Assembly: GCA_965202805.1 (NCBI GenBank)
Contig: OZ241869.1
Span: 864,001-928,000, forward strand
Reading direction: 5' to 3'
DNA from: Longimicrobiales bacterium
GTDB taxonomy: Bacteria > Gemmatimonadota > Gemmatimonadetes > Longimicrobiales > Gaopeijiaceae
DNA length: 64,000 nucleotides
Within the stretch, counting starts at the first letter, position 1. Every line of letters begins with the position of its first letter. Under the pieces are notes generated by a model. The model was not told the DNA's origin. It saw only the letters and a list, made by a program, of their open reading frames with translations, and did no database searches. Shown in pieces: positions 1-10,536 of the stretch. The position numbers and the translations under genes are program-made.

Positions 1-336
1 AGCGGCTTCGTCGGCGAGTTCCTGGCGCTCCTGGGCACCTTCGAGACACACCCCGTCACTGCCGTCATCGCCACCAGCGGCGTCATCTTCGCCGCCTACT
101 ACATGCTGCCCATGGTGCAGCGGGTGCTCTTCAACGAACTGGACCGGGAGGAAAACCGGTCGATGCCCGACCTGTCCCGCCGCGAGATCTTCATCCTGTC
201 GCCCATGGTCGCCCTCATGATCGTGATCGGGGTCGCGCCCACGCCCATCCTGGAGCGCATGGAGCCGAGCGTGGACGCCATCCTGGAGCGCGTCCACATG
301 ACGACCCCGCCCGCCGAGGAGCCGGCCGACTCATGA
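1..336 (+). CDS. nuoM: NADH-quinone oxidoreductase subunit M, C-terminal part (truncated by window edge)
   Basis: Frame 1 is open from base 1 (SGFVGEFLALLG...AAYYML...DLSRRE). The stop overlaps the nuoN start (ATGA). Confidence 0.9.
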   Translation, partial: SGFVGEFLALLGTFETHPVTAVIATSGVIFAAYYMLPMVQRVLFNELDREENRSMPDLSRREIFILSPMVALMIVIGVAPTPILERMEPSVDAILERVHMTTPPAEEPADS

Positions 337-1850
337 CGCTCGACTTCTCCACCCCCGCGCACTACCTGCTGGCGCTGCTTCCCGAGATCGTGCTTTCGAT
401 CTGGGGGACGGTAGTGCTGCTGGCGGGCGTCTGGAAGGGCGGCGACGGATCGTCGGCGGGGCATGCCGGCTCCGGGAATCTCGCGGTGCTGGCGATGGTG
501 GGCGTGCTCGCGGCGGCCTTTGCGAACGGATGGCTGTACGGGCTGACGCCGGGGCAGGGAAGCACGATGATCGCGGTCGACCGCTTCCACCTCTTCGCCA
601 ACTGGATCTTCCTGCTGGCGGCCGCCCTCGCGCTGGCCATCTCGCCCGCCTACGTGCGGCGCCAGCGGCTGCAGGAGGGGGAGTTCTACGCTCTGGTGCT
701 CTTCGCCACCGTGGGCATGATGCTCATGGGAGGCACGCGCGACCTGATCGTCATCTTCCTCGCCCTGGAGGTGATGTCGATCAGCGCCTACGTGCTGTCC
801 GGCTTCAACCGGCGTGATCCCAAATCGGCGGAGTCGGGGCTCAAGTACTTCCTGCTGGGCGCCTTCTCGACCGGCTTTCTGCTCTACGGGATCGCGCTGG
901 TATACGGAGCCACCGGAAGCACCAACCTCGGGCTCATCGCGCTCGCCATCGGTTCGGATGCGGCCGTGGCCGGGCTGCTGCACGTCGGCATTGCGCTGCT
1001 GGCCATCGGTTTCGCCTTCAAGGTCTCGGCGATCCCCTTCCACATGTGGACGCCCGATGTCTACGAGGGTGCCCCTTCGCCCGTGACGGCGTTCATGTCG
1101 GCCAGCGTCAAGGCGGCCGCGTTCGTCGCCTTCGCCCGCGTCTTCCTGGTCGGCTTCGGCGGCATCCCCGAGAGCTGGTACGCAATCGGCTGGTGGCTCG
1201 CGGCGCTCACCATGGTGATCGCCAACGCAGTCGCCCTGGCTCAGACCAACGTGAAACGGCTGCTGGCCTACTCCAGCATCGCCCACGCCGGCTATCTGCT
1301 GGTGGCCATCGTTGCCCTCAACCAGAACGCCACCGCGGGACTCCTGTTCTACCTGCTCGTCTACACGGCGATGAACATCGGCGCCTTTGCCGTGATCCTG
1401 TGCGTTTCCGGTCACGGCGAGGAGCGGCTCGGGATCGATCGCTATGCGGGCCTGGGAGCAAGCCACCCCGCGCTGGCGGTCTGCCTGACGATCTTTCTCC
1501 TCTCCCTCGCCGGCTTCCCCGGCACGGGCGGATTCATGGGCAAGATCTTCATCCTGCAGGGAGCGGCCGAGGCCGGACTCTGGACCCTTTCCGTCATTTT
1601 CGTCCTCACGACCGTGGTGTCGTACTATTACTACCTGCGGATCGCATGGTACATGTGGATGCGGGAAGGCACGGGCTCCGGCGAGCCCGATCCGGTGACG
1701 GTGCCTCTTACCATGCGCTTCGCCATGGGAGCGGCGGTCGCGGTGGTCATCGGTCTGGGCGTCTTCCCGGGCGGAGGCGTGAACTTCGCCCGCGCGGGTG
1801 CGGAAGGCCTTCTGACCGCCGGGGCACTCCTCCTCGGCGCCGCCCCCTAG
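333..1850 (+). CDS. nuoN: NADH-quinone oxidoreductase subunit N
   Basis: Hydrophobic protein with ESGLKYFLLG, PFHMWTPDVYEGAP, KRLLAYSSIAHAGY and SLAGFP motifs; follows nuoM. Confidence 0.95.
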   Translation: MTLDFSTPAHYLLALLPEIVLSIWGTVVLLAGVWKGGDGSSAGHAGSGNLAVLAMVGVLAAAFANGWLYGLTPGQGSTMIAVDRFHLFANWIFLLAAALALAISPAYVRRQRLQEGEFYALVLFATVGMMLMGGTRDLIVIFLALEVMSISAYVLSGFNRRDPKSAESGLKYFLLGAFSTGFLLYGIALVYGATGSTNLGLIALAIGSDAAVAGLLHVGIALLAIGFAFKVSAIPFHMWTPDVYEGAPSPVTAFMSASVKAAAFVAFARVFLVGFGGIPESWYAIGWWLAALTMVIANAVALAQTNVKRLLAYSSIAHAGYLLVAIVALNQNATAGLLFYLLVYTAMNIGAFAVILCVSGHGEERLGIDRYAGLGASHPALAVCLTIFLLSLAGFPGTGGFMGKIFILQGAAEAGLWTLSVIFVLTTVVSYYYYLRIAWYMWMREGTGSGEPDPVTVPLTMRFAMGAAVAVVIGLGVFPGGGVNFARAGAEGLLTAGALLLGAAP

Positions 1851-1951
1851 GGATGACTGCGGCGCGCTCCCGCGCTGGCGCGCGGCGGCGGATCGCCCGG
1901 CATCCGCGAGACATCAGACGGCACGCAACCAACTTCGGGCCTGTACCGGTT

Positions 1952-3322
1952 TTGAGCTTTTCTCCCGAAATCTTCCGGCAATACGACATTCGGGGCATCG
2001 TAGGCGAAACCATCGATGTCGACGTGGCCCGCGCCACCGGCAGCGCTTTCGCGGCGACGGTCGGCGAACGGGCGGGTGATGACCAACCGCGCGTGGTGGT
2101 CGGGAGCGACAACCGCCCCAGCTCGGACGGCCTGGCCGACGCCCTCTCGGAGGGGATCTGCTCGGGAGGCGGGCGCGTCATTCGGCTCGGCACCGTGCCC
2201 ACGCCCGTGACCTACTGGGCCGAACGCGAGCTGGAAGCGGACGCCAGCGTTCAGATCACCGGCAGCCACAATCCCGCCGAATGGAACGGCATCAAGATGA
2301 CCATCGGGGGACGCCCTCTCTACGGCGACGGGATCCAGGCACTGCGCAGGCGCATCGATGGGGGAGAGGCGACTCGCGGGCCCGGCAACGGGGAAAGCGT
2401 GGACATCCTCGATCGGTACATCGCCGATGTCGCCCGGCGGTTCGAGGGTACCAGCCCGATCAAGGTGGTCGTGGACTGCGGCAACGCTTCCGGGGCGCTC
2501 ACCGCGGTGCCGGTGCTGGAGGCGATCGGAGCCGAAGTGGTCCCTCTCTACTGCGAACTGGACGGGACCTTCCCCAACCATCATCCAGACCCCACGGTGG
2601 ACGAGAACATCGTGGATCTGGCCGCCACGGTCCGCGAGACCGGAGCGGACCTGGGCGTCGGCTTCGACGGCGATGCCGACCGCATCGGAGTCGTGGACGA
2701 GACCGGTACGGTGGTCCGCGGCGACATCCTGCTCCTCCTCTTCGGCCTCGAGGTGCTCGAGCGCCGGGGTCCGGGTCAGACGCTGGTTTTCGACGTGAAG
2801 TGCTCCCAGGCGGTGCCGCGCGTGTTCGAGGCCGCGGGGGGCGTCCCCGTGATGTGGGCGACCGGGCACTCGCTCATCAAGGAAAAGATGCATGCCACCG
2901 GAGCCGTCATCGGGGGCGAGCTCTCCGGCCACATCTGCTTCGCGGACGAGTTCATCGGCGTGGACGACGCCGTCTACGCCGCGTGCCGGCTTCTGCGCCT
3001 GCTGGCCTCGTCCGGGCGCCCCCTCTCGGCGCTGGTGGCGGACCTGCCGCGTTACGCATCCACGCCCGAGTACCGTATCGAGGTGGCCGAGCACGTCAAA
3101 CGCGACATCGCCGAGGCCGCGCGCGAACACTTTTCCCGGAGCTACGAGGTGATTGCAGTGGACGGGGCACGCATCCTTTTCGACGGGGGCTGGGGTCTGC
3201 TGAGAGCGTCCAATACCCAGCCCGTGCTGGCGGCGCGCTACGAAGCCGACACCGATGCCCGCCTGGGGGAAATCCAGCGCGAAGTCGAGGACTGGCTCCG
3301 GGCCAGGGGCGTCGATGTCTGA
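1952..3322 (+). CDS. Phosphomannomutase/phosphoglucomutase (AlgC-like)
   Basis: IFRQYDIRG, TGSHNP (catalytic Ser), FDGDADR and GELSGH motifs. Start taken as TTG 1952; ATG 1853 is an alternative. Confidence 0.92.
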   Translation: MSFSPEIFRQYDIRGIVGETIDVDVARATGSAFAATVGERAGDDQPRVVVGSDNRPSSDGLADALSEGICSGGGRVIRLGTVPTPVTYWAERELEADASVQITGSHNPAEWNGIKMTIGGRPLYGDGIQALRRRIDGGEATRGPGNGESVDILDRYIADVARRFEGTSPIKVVVDCGNASGALTAVPVLEAIGAEVVPLYCELDGTFPNHHPDPTVDENIVDLAATVRETGADLGVGFDGDADRIGVVDETGTVVRGDILLLLFGLEVLERRGPGQTLVFDVKCSQAVPRVFEAAGGVPVMWATGHSLIKEKMHATGAVIGGELSGHICFADEFIGVDDAVYAACRLLRLLASSGRPLSALVADLPRYASTPEYRIEVAEHVKRDIAEAAREHFSRSYEVIAVDGARILFDGGWGLLRASNTQPVLAARYEADTDARLGEIQREVEDWLRARGVDV

Positions 3323-6086
3323 GGCGCGCCCTCGTCCGTGGCGCGGCGGCCGGATTCTGGTCGTCTCGATCGTGGTCGCCACCGCGGTCCTTCTGCTGGC
3401 GCGGGAGGCCACCGACCTCTACGTGGAGGTCCTCTGGTTCGGGGCCAACGGTTATCTCGACGTCTTCTGGACCCGCGTGCTGGCGCGCTGGGGGGTGCGC
3501 ATCCTGGTCATGCTGGCCGTCGGCGCGATGGTCTACGCGAACGTGCGCCTGTTCGCGGTCGCGGTACGCGCGCTGAGGATCCGCAGGCGCTTCGCCAATC
3601 TGGAGATATCCGAGAGAATCCCCGGCGTCTGGATCTCGCGCGGCACGCTCGTCCTCTCGGTGCTGGCGGCGCTCTGGTTCAGCGCCGTGGTCCCGCCCGA
3701 AGCAGGACTGGCGCTGCTGCTCCTGCTGCGAGCCCCCGCGTGGGGGTTGAGTGACCCGGTTCTGGGACACGACCTGTCCTTCTACATCTTCGCCCTGCCG
3801 GTGATGAGCGGGATCGTCGCGTTCGCGCTCCTGCTGATCTTCTTCCTCTTCAGTCTGTCGATCGCCGTTTACGCCGCCACCGGCGCGCTCCGTCTTACGC
3901 GCAAGGGGGTCCGGCTGGAAGACCTGGCTCGCCGGCACCTCACCCTCCTGGTCACGACGTTCCTGGTCCTGCTGGCCGTCCGCTTCCAGATCGCGCGCTA
4001 CATCCTGCTGCTCGACGGCAACTCCGGCGTACAGGGGCTGTTCGGGTTCACCGACGCGGTCGCCCGGCTGCCCTCCCTGACGGCGCTCGCGGTGGTCGCG
4101 CTGGGCTCCGCGGTGCTGGTGGCGTGGGGCGGGGCGCGACGCAGGGTCGTCCCCACCGCGGCCGGGCTGGGCGCCATCGTCGTGGGCACGGTCGTGCTCG
4201 CCCAGCTCTACCCGGCGACCGTGCAGCGCTTTCGCGTCGAACCCAACGAGCTCGAGAGCGAGACCCCCCATATCGAGCACAACCTGGAATTCACGCGCAT
4301 GGGGTTCGGGCTCGACCAGCTGCGACGTGAACGATTCGACTACCGCGGGACGACCGAAGAACCACGTGCGATGGCCGTCGCCGCCCAGTTCGCCGGGCTC
4401 CCGGTGTGGACTCCGGGCGCGCTCCTGAGCACCTACCGGCAGCTGGAGGCCCGCTTCCGCTACTACGAGTTCAGCGACGTCACCATCGACCGCTACCAGG
4501 GCCCCGGCGGCCTAGTGCCGGTTGCGCTTGCCGTGCGCGAGATCGAGCCCGGCGGCATTGAGGACCGCAACTGGCAGAACCTCCACATTCGCGAGCGCTA
4601 CATCGCCGGAATGGGCGCTGTGGCCAGCGCGGCCGGGGAACACACCCCCGAAGGGCGGCCGTCGCCGATCCTGTCGGCCATCCCTCCCGAATTCGCGGAA
4701 GGCGTGGCTGCGCCCGAGAGACTGCGCCTGGTGCGCCCCTCGGTGTTCTTCGGCATCCGCCCGCAGGCCTACGCCATCATCAACCCGACCGCCGAGGCAT
4801 TTCTCGACCCCGAAGGCAGACCCGGTCAGGCCGGCGTGGACTACCCGGAAGGCATCCTGCTCGATTCCTGGCTGCGGAAGGTGTTCCTGGCGCTCCGCTT
4901 CCGCGATGCGGACCTGCTGTTCGCCTCCGAGGTCTCGCCCCGGAGCCGTTTCGTATTTCGCCGCCAGGTGACGGCGCGGGCGCGCGACATCGCCCCCTTC
5001 CTGCGCTTTCCCCAGGCACCCTATCCGGTCGTGCACGAAGGCCGCGTCGTGTGGATGCTGGACGCGTTCACCGCAACCCGCCACTTCCCGCTCGCGAGCG
5101 CCTACGAGCTCGAACCGCGAGCTCCGGTGAGTTATGTGCGCAACAGCGTCAAGGTCACCGTGGACGGGGTGACGGGCCGCACTTCCTTCTACGTGGCGGA
5201 CGAGAACGACCCGCTGCTCGAAGGCTATCGGCGCACTCTTCCCGGCCTCTTCCAGCCCATGGAGGAGATGCCTCCCGGGCTCCGCGAGCACATTCGCTAT
5301 CCGCGCGAACTGCTCAGCCTGCAGGGCCGGGTGCTGTTCCAGTATCATCTGGAGACAGCCCCTTCCTTCCACGGCCAGGAAGATGTGTGGGCGCCCGCCA
5401 CGGAGCTCGCCCAGGGCACCAATCCCGTCCCCTACCGGCCCGAGTACGGCATCTACCGGCTTCCGGGCGAACAGGAGCCGGAGTACCTGTTGAGCACCGC
5501 CTTCGTCCCCGCCGGCCGCCAGAATCTGACCGCGCTGCTGGTCGCGCGCAGCGACGGAGACCATTACGGCGAGCTCATCCTGTACGACGTCCCGGTCGAG
5601 GAGCAGGTGCCGGGTCCCCGCCTGGTGGAAGCGCTCGTGGAGCAGGATCCCTCCATCTCCCAGCAGCTCTCGCTCTGGCGCCAGGGGGGAAGCGATGTCT
5701 GGACGGGCCATCTGCACATCGTGCCCGTGGACGGCACGCTGATGTACATGGAACCGATCTTTCTGGCCGCCGAATCGGACGCGATTCCCGAACTGCGCCA
5801 GTTCGTGGTCAGCGACGGCCGCCGGGTGGCGATGCAACCGACCCTGGACGCCACCCTCGCCGCGCTTGCCGCCGTGACTCCACTCGCAGAGGAGACAAGC
5901 AGCGCTCCGGACCCGGGCGAGTTGCGGGAGCTGGCGGCCGACACGTCGACCTGGCCTGCCGACGCCCTCGACCTGCTCGACCGCGCGGAGGAGGCGCTCC
6001 GGGCAGGAGATTTCGCCGGTTTCGGCGCGCGCCTCGGCGAGTTGCGCGACCTCCTGGAGCGCTTCGAAGACCAGGCCGGTTCATGA
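3315..6086 (+). CDS. UPF0182 family membrane protein
   Basis: Multi-TM N-terminus; DPVLGHDLSFYIFALP, VEPNEL..E.P.I..N...TR and YVRNSVKVTVD motifs. ATG 3315 overlaps the upstream gene end. Confidence 0.9.
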   Translation: MSEARPRPWRGGRILVVSIVVATAVLLLAREATDLYVEVLWFGANGYLDVFWTRVLARWGVRILVMLAVGAMVYANVRLFAVAVRALRIRRRFANLEISERIPGVWISRGTLVLSVLAALWFSAVVPPEAGLALLLLLRAPAWGLSDPVLGHDLSFYIFALPVMSGIVAFALLLIFFLFSLSIAVYAATGALRLTRKGVRLEDLARRHLTLLVTTFLVLLAVRFQIARYILLLDGNSGVQGLFGFTDAVARLPSLTALAVVALGSAVLVAWGGARRRVVPTAAGLGAIVVGTVVLAQLYPATVQRFRVEPNELESETPHIEHNLEFTRMGFGLDQLRRERFDYRGTTEEPRAMAVAAQFAGLPVWTPGALLSTYRQLEARFRYYEFSDVTIDRYQGPGGLVPVALAVREIEPGGIEDRNWQNLHIRERYIAGMGAVASAAGEHTPEGRPSPILSAIPPEFAEGVAAPERLRLVRPSVFFGIRPQAYAIINPTAEAFLDPEGRPGQAGVDYPEGILLDSWLRKVFLALRFRDADLLFASEVSPRSRFVFRRQVTARARDIAPFLRFPQAPYPVVHEGRVVWMLDAFTATRHFPLASAYELEPRAPVSYVRNSVKVTVDGVTGRTSFYVADENDPLLEGYRRTLPGLFQPMEEMPPGLREHIRYPRELLSLQGRVLFQYHLETAPSFHGQEDVWAPATELAQGTNPVPYRPEYGIYRLPGEQEPEYLLSTAFVPAGRQNLTALLVARSDGDHYGELILYDVPVEEQVPGPRLVEALVEQDPSISQQLSLWRQGGSDVWTGHLHIVPVDGTLMYMEPIFLAAESDAIPELRQFVVSDGRRVAMQPTLDATLAALAAVTPLAEETSSAPDPGELRELAADTSTWPADALDLLDRAEEALRAGDFAGFGARLGELRDLLERFEDQAGS

Positions 6087-6219
6087 GTCGTGCCGGCTTC
6101 TTGATCAGGAGCCGAGGTCCGGGTAACTTGGCCGGTCGCCCCTTCCTGCGTCCTTCCGAAAGCATCCTCGCCGACGGGATCGTCGCGATGGCATCCTCCT
6201 TCCCCGCGGAGAAAACCGA

Positions 6220-7353
6220 GTGAACCTGCACGAGTTCCAGGCAAGGGAGCTCTTCCACGGCGCGGGCATGCCGGTGCCTCCGGGCCGGGTCGCGACCACG
6301 CCCGGGGAAGCCGCGGCAATCGCCGTCGCCCTGGGCGGTGCGGCCGTGGTCAAGGCCCAGGTGCACTCGGGGGGCAGAGGCAAGGCGGGAGGCGTCAAGC
6401 TGGCCGCTACTCCCGAGGAGGCCGAGGCGCACGCCCGCGCCATTCTGGGGATGACGATCCGGGGACACACCGTGCACAAGGTCCTGCTGGTGCCTCTGGA
6501 GAAGATCGCGAGCGAGCGCTACGTCGGCATCCTGGTCGACCGGGCCGTGCAGGCGCCGCTCTTCATGGTGTCGCGGGAAGGGGGCGTGGACATCGAGGAG
6601 GTCGCGGCCAACAACCCCTCCGCCATCACCAGGCTGCGCGTCGACCCGCGCTTCGGCCTCCTGCCCCATCAGGCGTACCGGCTGGGGAGAGCGCTCTTCG
6701 ACGAGCCGCCCCTGGTGCGCCAGTGTGCGACCGTGCTCTCGCAGCTCTACCAGGTGTTCGTGAAGAACGGGGCATCCCTGTGCGAGGTGAATCCCCTCAT
6801 CGCCACGGAGGCGGGGGAAGTGAAGGCCATCGACGCCAAGGTCACGATCGACGGCAACGAGCTCTTCCGCCGGCCGGAACTCGAGTCCCTGCGCGACCTG
6901 GACGCGGAGCCCCCGGCGGAGACGCAAGCCCGCGCGGCCGGCCTCAGCTTCGTGAAGCTCGACGGCAACGTGGGATGCTGCGTCAACGGAGCCGGCCTGG
7001 CGATGGCGACCATGGATCTGGTCAAGTACTACGGCGGCGAGCCGGCCAACTTCCTCGACATCGGCGGATCGTCCAGCCCGGACAAGGTCGTGGCCGCGCT
7101 CGAGATCATCACGGCCGATCCCGGCGTGCAGGTCATCCTGTTCAACATCTTCGGCGGCATCACGCGCTGCGACGACGTGGCGCGCGGGATCGTCGAGGCC
7201 ACGAAACGCGCCGACATTCGCGCACCCATCCTGATCCGCCTGACGGGCACCAACGAGGCCGAAGCCCGGGAAATCCTCGCGGCCGAAGGCTTCTCCACCT
7301 TCACCTCGATGGACGACGTGGTGCGCGCGGCGGTGAAGAGGGCAGCCGCGTGA
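6220..7353 (+). CDS. sucC: Succinyl-CoA synthetase beta subunit
   Basis: MNLHEFQA, KAQVHSGGRGKAGGV, NGAGLAMATMD and NIFGGITRCD motifs. Confidence 0.97.
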   Translation: MNLHEFQARELFHGAGMPVPPGRVATTPGEAAAIAVALGGAAVVKAQVHSGGRGKAGGVKLAATPEEAEAHARAILGMTIRGHTVHKVLLVPLEKIASERYVGILVDRAVQAPLFMVSREGGVDIEEVAANNPSAITRLRVDPRFGLLPHQAYRLGRALFDEPPLVRQCATVLSQLYQVFVKNGASLCEVNPLIATEAGEVKAIDAKVTIDGNELFRRPELESLRDLDAEPPAETQARAAGLSFVKLDGNVGCCVNGAGLAMATMDLVKYYGGEPANFLDIGGSSSPDKVVAALEIITADPGVQVILFNIFGGITRCDDVARGIVEATKRADIRAPILIRLTGTNEAEAREILAAEGFSTFTSMDDVVRAAVKRAAA

Positions 7354-7413
7354 CGCTCCTCCTCCGGCAACAGCCTTCGCAGGCTTCCTTCCCACAACCC
7401 ACGGTCCCGCTCC

Positions 7414-8298
7414 ATGTCGATCTTCGTTGACCAATCCACGCGAGTGGTGGCACAGGGCATCACCGGCCGCGACGGATCCTTCCACACCGCCCGAATGATC
7501 GAATACGGCACGCGCGTGGTCGCGGGAGTCACGCCGGGGAAGGGAGGTCGCGTGGTCCAGGGTCCGGGAGGCGCGCGCGTGCCCGTCTTCGACACGATGA
7601 ACGAGGCGGTTGCGGAATCGGGAGCAAACACCTCCGCCATCTACGTGCCGCCGCCCTTCGCTGCCAGCGCGATCATGGAGGCCGCGGAATCGGGCGTCGA
7701 GTTCATCGTCTGCATTACCGAGGGCGTCCCGGTGCTCGATATGGCGCACGCCCATGCCTTCGTCGCCGACCGCGGCGTGCGGTTGCTGGGACCCAATTGC
7801 CCGGGAGTGATTTCGCCCGGCAAGGCTACGGTGGGGATCATCTCCGGAGACATCGTGACATCGGGTCCGGTGGGCGTGGTGTCGCGCTCGGGCACGCTCA
7901 CGTACGAGGCGGTCGGGCAGCTCACCGGCGCGGGCATCGGCCAGACCACCTGCGTGGGCATCGGGGGCGACCCCATCATCGGCACCACCTTCATCGACTG
8001 CCTGAAGGCCTTCGCCGAAGACGGAGAGACGCGGGCGGTCGTGATGATCGGCGAGATCGGGGGCACGGACGAACAGGAAGCGGCCGAATTCGCCGGGCGC
8101 TGTCTCGATTTGCCGATCGTGGGCTTCATCGCGGGCCAGACCGCGCCCCCGGGCCGCCGCATGGGACATGCGGGCGCCATCATCAGCGGTTCCTCCGGGA
8201 CCGCGGAGGAGAAGATCAGGGCCTTTCGCGAGAACGGGATCGGGGTCGCGCAACGGCCGGTCGACATCGTGCATCTCACCCGGGAAGCCCTGCGATGA
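7414..8298 (+). CDS. sucD: Succinyl-CoA synthetase alpha subunit
   Basis: [20 protein letters not shown] and RMGHAGAI (phospho-His) motifs. Confidence 0.97.
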   Translation: MSIFVDQSTRVVAQGITGRDGSFHTARMIEYGTRVVAGVTPGKGGRVVQGPGGARVPVFDTMNEAVAESGANTSAIYVPPPFAASAIMEAAESGVEFIVCITEGVPVLDMAHAHAFVADRGVRLLGPNCPGVISPGKATVGIISGDIVTSGPVGVVSRSGTLTYEAVGQLTGAGIGQTTCVGIGGDPIIGTTFIDCLKAFAEDGETRAVVMIGEIGGTDEQEAAEFAGRCLDLPIVGFIAGQTAPPGRRMGHAGAIISGSSGTAEEKIRAFRENGIGVAQRPVDIVHLTREALR

Positions 8299-8720
8299 GC
8301 CTGACACTCGCCATCATCAAGCCTGACGCCGTCGCTTCGGGAAACACGGGAGCCATCCTCGCCCATCTGGAAGGGGCGGGCTTCCGCATTCGCTGCCTCC
8401 GCATGACGCAGCTCTCGCGGACACAGGCGGCCGCCTTCTACTCGGTGCATCGGGAGCGGCCCTTCTTCGATTCCCTGGTCGCCTTCATGACCTCCGGCCC
8501 CATCGTGCCCCTGGTGCTCGAGGCCGAGAACGCCGTGCCCCGGTTTCGCGAAGCCATCGGGGCCACCGATCCGGCCGAGGCAGCTCCCGGCACCGTGCGC
8601 GCGCTCTACGCGGAGTCGAAGGAGCGCAATGCCGTCCACGGGTCCGACTCGGATGCCAACGCCGCGCTCGAGATCGACTTCTTCTTTTCGCGGCACGAGC
8701 GCCTGGCAGTCCGTGGATGA
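8295..8720 (+). CDS. ndk: Nucleoside diphosphate kinase
   Basis: [20 protein letters not shown] and NAVHGSDS motifs; ATG overlaps the sucD stop. Confidence 0.97.
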   Translation: MSLTLAIIKPDAVASGNTGAILAHLEGAGFRIRCLRMTQLSRTQAAAFYSVHRERPFFDSLVAFMTSGPIVPLVLEAENAVPRFREAIGATDPAEAAPGTVRALYAESKERNAVHGSDSDANAALEIDFFFSRHERLAVRG

Positions 8721-8775
8721 ATCCGCTCGAAAGCCGGGGGGAGGTCGTCCACAGGCTGCGGGGAATCGTATCGCG

Positions 8776-8805
8776 TTGACGGGGCGCCGTGTGCAACGCT
8801 AGCTT
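8776..8805 (+). promoter_or_regulatory. Putative sigma70 promoter of the yceD-rpmF-plsX-fab operon
   Basis: TTGACG (8776-8781), 18 bp spacer, TAGCTT (8800-8805); the yceD ATG lies 8 nt downstream. Confidence 0.55.
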
Positions 8806-8813
8806 TTTACGCT

Positions 8814-9326
8814 ATGCTGCACTTGAACTTGAACGCGCTCGACCGCGCGGGTACGCTCCAGTTGCGAGCGGCTTGCCCGGCCGCCGATTTCGCCCTTGGG
8901 AGACCGGGTCCGGAACTGTCCGAGCCCGTCCGCGTGACCCTGACGGCGAAGTCCATGGCCGCGGGCCAGGTCATGGTCCAGGGAAGGATGTCGACCACCC
9001 TGGCGCAGGTATGCCGGCGCTGCCTGAAGCCCATCGCGCAGGCCTTCGCGCTGCCGATCAGGCTTATCTTCGTTCCCGACGATGAATCCGATTGCGAGGA
9101 CGACGGGGAGGTGCACACCTTCCCGGCGCATCTGGCCAAACTGGACATCGGCGGCCCGCTGCGGGAGGAGTTCGCCCTCGCGGCGCCGATGTACGCGGAA
9201 TGCCGCCCCGACTGCCGGGGGCTGTGTCCGGCGTGCGGTTCAAACCGAAACACGGCCCGGTGCGAGTGCACCGCACCGGATGTCGATGCCCGATGGGAGA
9301 AGCTGCGGGCCCTCATGAATCACTAG
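8814..9326 (+). CDS. yceD: DUF177/YceD family protein
   Basis: CRRCL and C..DCRGLCPACG.N.N...C.C motifs; conserved position upstream of rpmF. Confidence 0.9.
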   Translation: MLHLNLNALDRAGTLQLRAACPAADFALGRPGPELSEPVRVTLTAKSMAAGQVMVQGRMSTTLAQVCRRCLKPIAQAFALPIRLIFVPDDESDCEDDGEVHTFPAHLAKLDIGGPLREEFALAAPMYAECRPDCRGLCPACGSNRNTARCECTAPDVDARWEKLRALMNH

Positions 9327-9338
9327 AACGAAAAAGCC

Positions 9339-9521
9339 ATGGCCGTACCGAAGCGTCGTACATCCAAGCAGCGGCAGCGCAAGCGCCGCACGCACATTCG
9401 AGCCGAACCCGTCGCGGTATGGAGCTGCCCGCGCTGCGACGATCCGCAGATCCCGCACCGCGTGTGTCCCACCTGCGGTTACTACCGGGATCGTCTGGTC
9501 ATCGACGTCGAGCTGGACTGA
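9339..9521 (+). CDS. rpmF: 50S ribosomal protein L32 (Zn-binding type)
   Basis: MAVPKRRTSK..., CPRC and HRVCPTCGYY. Confidence 0.97.
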   Translation: MAVPKRRTSKQRQRKRRTHIRAEPVAVWSCPRCDDPQIPHRVCPTCGYYRDRLVIDVELD

Positions 9522-9546
9522 CCACGCCGGCGGCGACCGGTCCACC

Positions 9547-10536
9547 ATGAGAATCGCGCTCGACTCCATGGGCAGCGACGGCGCCCCCGCGACCGAAGTC
9601 GCGGGAGCACTGCACGCACTGCAACACGGAACCGGGGACGTCACCGTCGTTCTGGTGGGAGATCGTGCGCGGATCGCGGCGGAACTGGCTCGGCAGGGCG
9701 CTTCCGCGGGCGAGCGGCTGGAGATCGTCCACGCACCGGAGCGGGTGTCTCCCAACGAATCCCCCGCAGCCGTCGTGCGCCGCAAGCCCGGCTCGTCCCT
9801 CGTGACCGGGATCGGGCTCCATCGCAGGGGCCAGGTGGACGCCTTCGTCAGCGCCGGACCCACGGGCGCGGTGATGGCGGCGTCGGTGTTCCTGCTCAAG
9901 CGGCTGCCGGGAGTGGACCGGCCCGCCGTCGGAACCCTCATGCCCACGACCAGCCGGGCGCACATGCTCATGCTGGACGCCGGGGCGAACGTCGACTGCC
10001 GTCCCCGACACCTCCTGCAGTTCGCGTTTCTCGGCCACGTCTATGCACAGGATCTGATGGGCCGACAGGAGCCCCGCATCGGCCTGCTGAACATCGGTTC
10101 CGAACCGGAGAAGGGGGACGAGCGTACGGTGGAAGCACACCGGCTGCTCAGCCAGAGCGGCCTCAACTTCATTGGCAACGTCGAAGGCCGCGATATCATC
10201 CATGGCCGTTGCGACGTCCTCGTGACCGACGGATTCGCCGGCAACGTGCTTCTCAAGTTCTACGAGTCCGTGGCGGGGTTCGTGATCCGGGTGATGGACC
10301 GCGAGCAGGAGCGCATCCGCATACCGCTGGACCGGTCCACCATCGAGATCCTCGACTACGCCGAATACGGAGGGGCGCCGCTCCTTGGCGTAAACGGGGT
10401 GTCCGTCATCTGCCACGGCAGATCGCCCCCAAAGGCCATCGGCAAGGCCATCGGGGTGGCGGCCCGAGCCGTAAGGACATCCATGATCGGCCATATCGCC
10501 CGCTACCTGGCTGAAACCGCGGCCCGCATCCCATGA
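9547..10536 (+). CDS. plsX: Phosphate acyltransferase PlsX
   Basis: IALDSMGSD, LDAGAN, LLNIGSE..KG, DGFAGNV.LK and YGGAPLLG motifs. Confidence 0.95.
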   Translation: MRIALDSMGSDGAPATEVAGALHALQHGTGDVTVVLVGDRARIAAELARQGASAGERLEIVHAPERVSPNESPAAVVRRKPGSSLVTGIGLHRRGQVDAFVSAGPTGAVMAASVFLLKRLPGVDRPAVGTLMPTTSRAHMLMLDAGANVDCRPRHLLQFAFLGHVYAQDLMGRQEPRIGLLNIGSEPEKGDERTVEAHRLLSQSGLNFIGNVEGRDIIHGRCDVLVTDGFAGNVLLKFYESVAGFVIRVMDREQERIRIPLDRSTIEILDYAEYGGAPLLGVNGVSVICHGRSPPKAIGKAIGVAARAVRTSMIGHIARYLAETAARIP

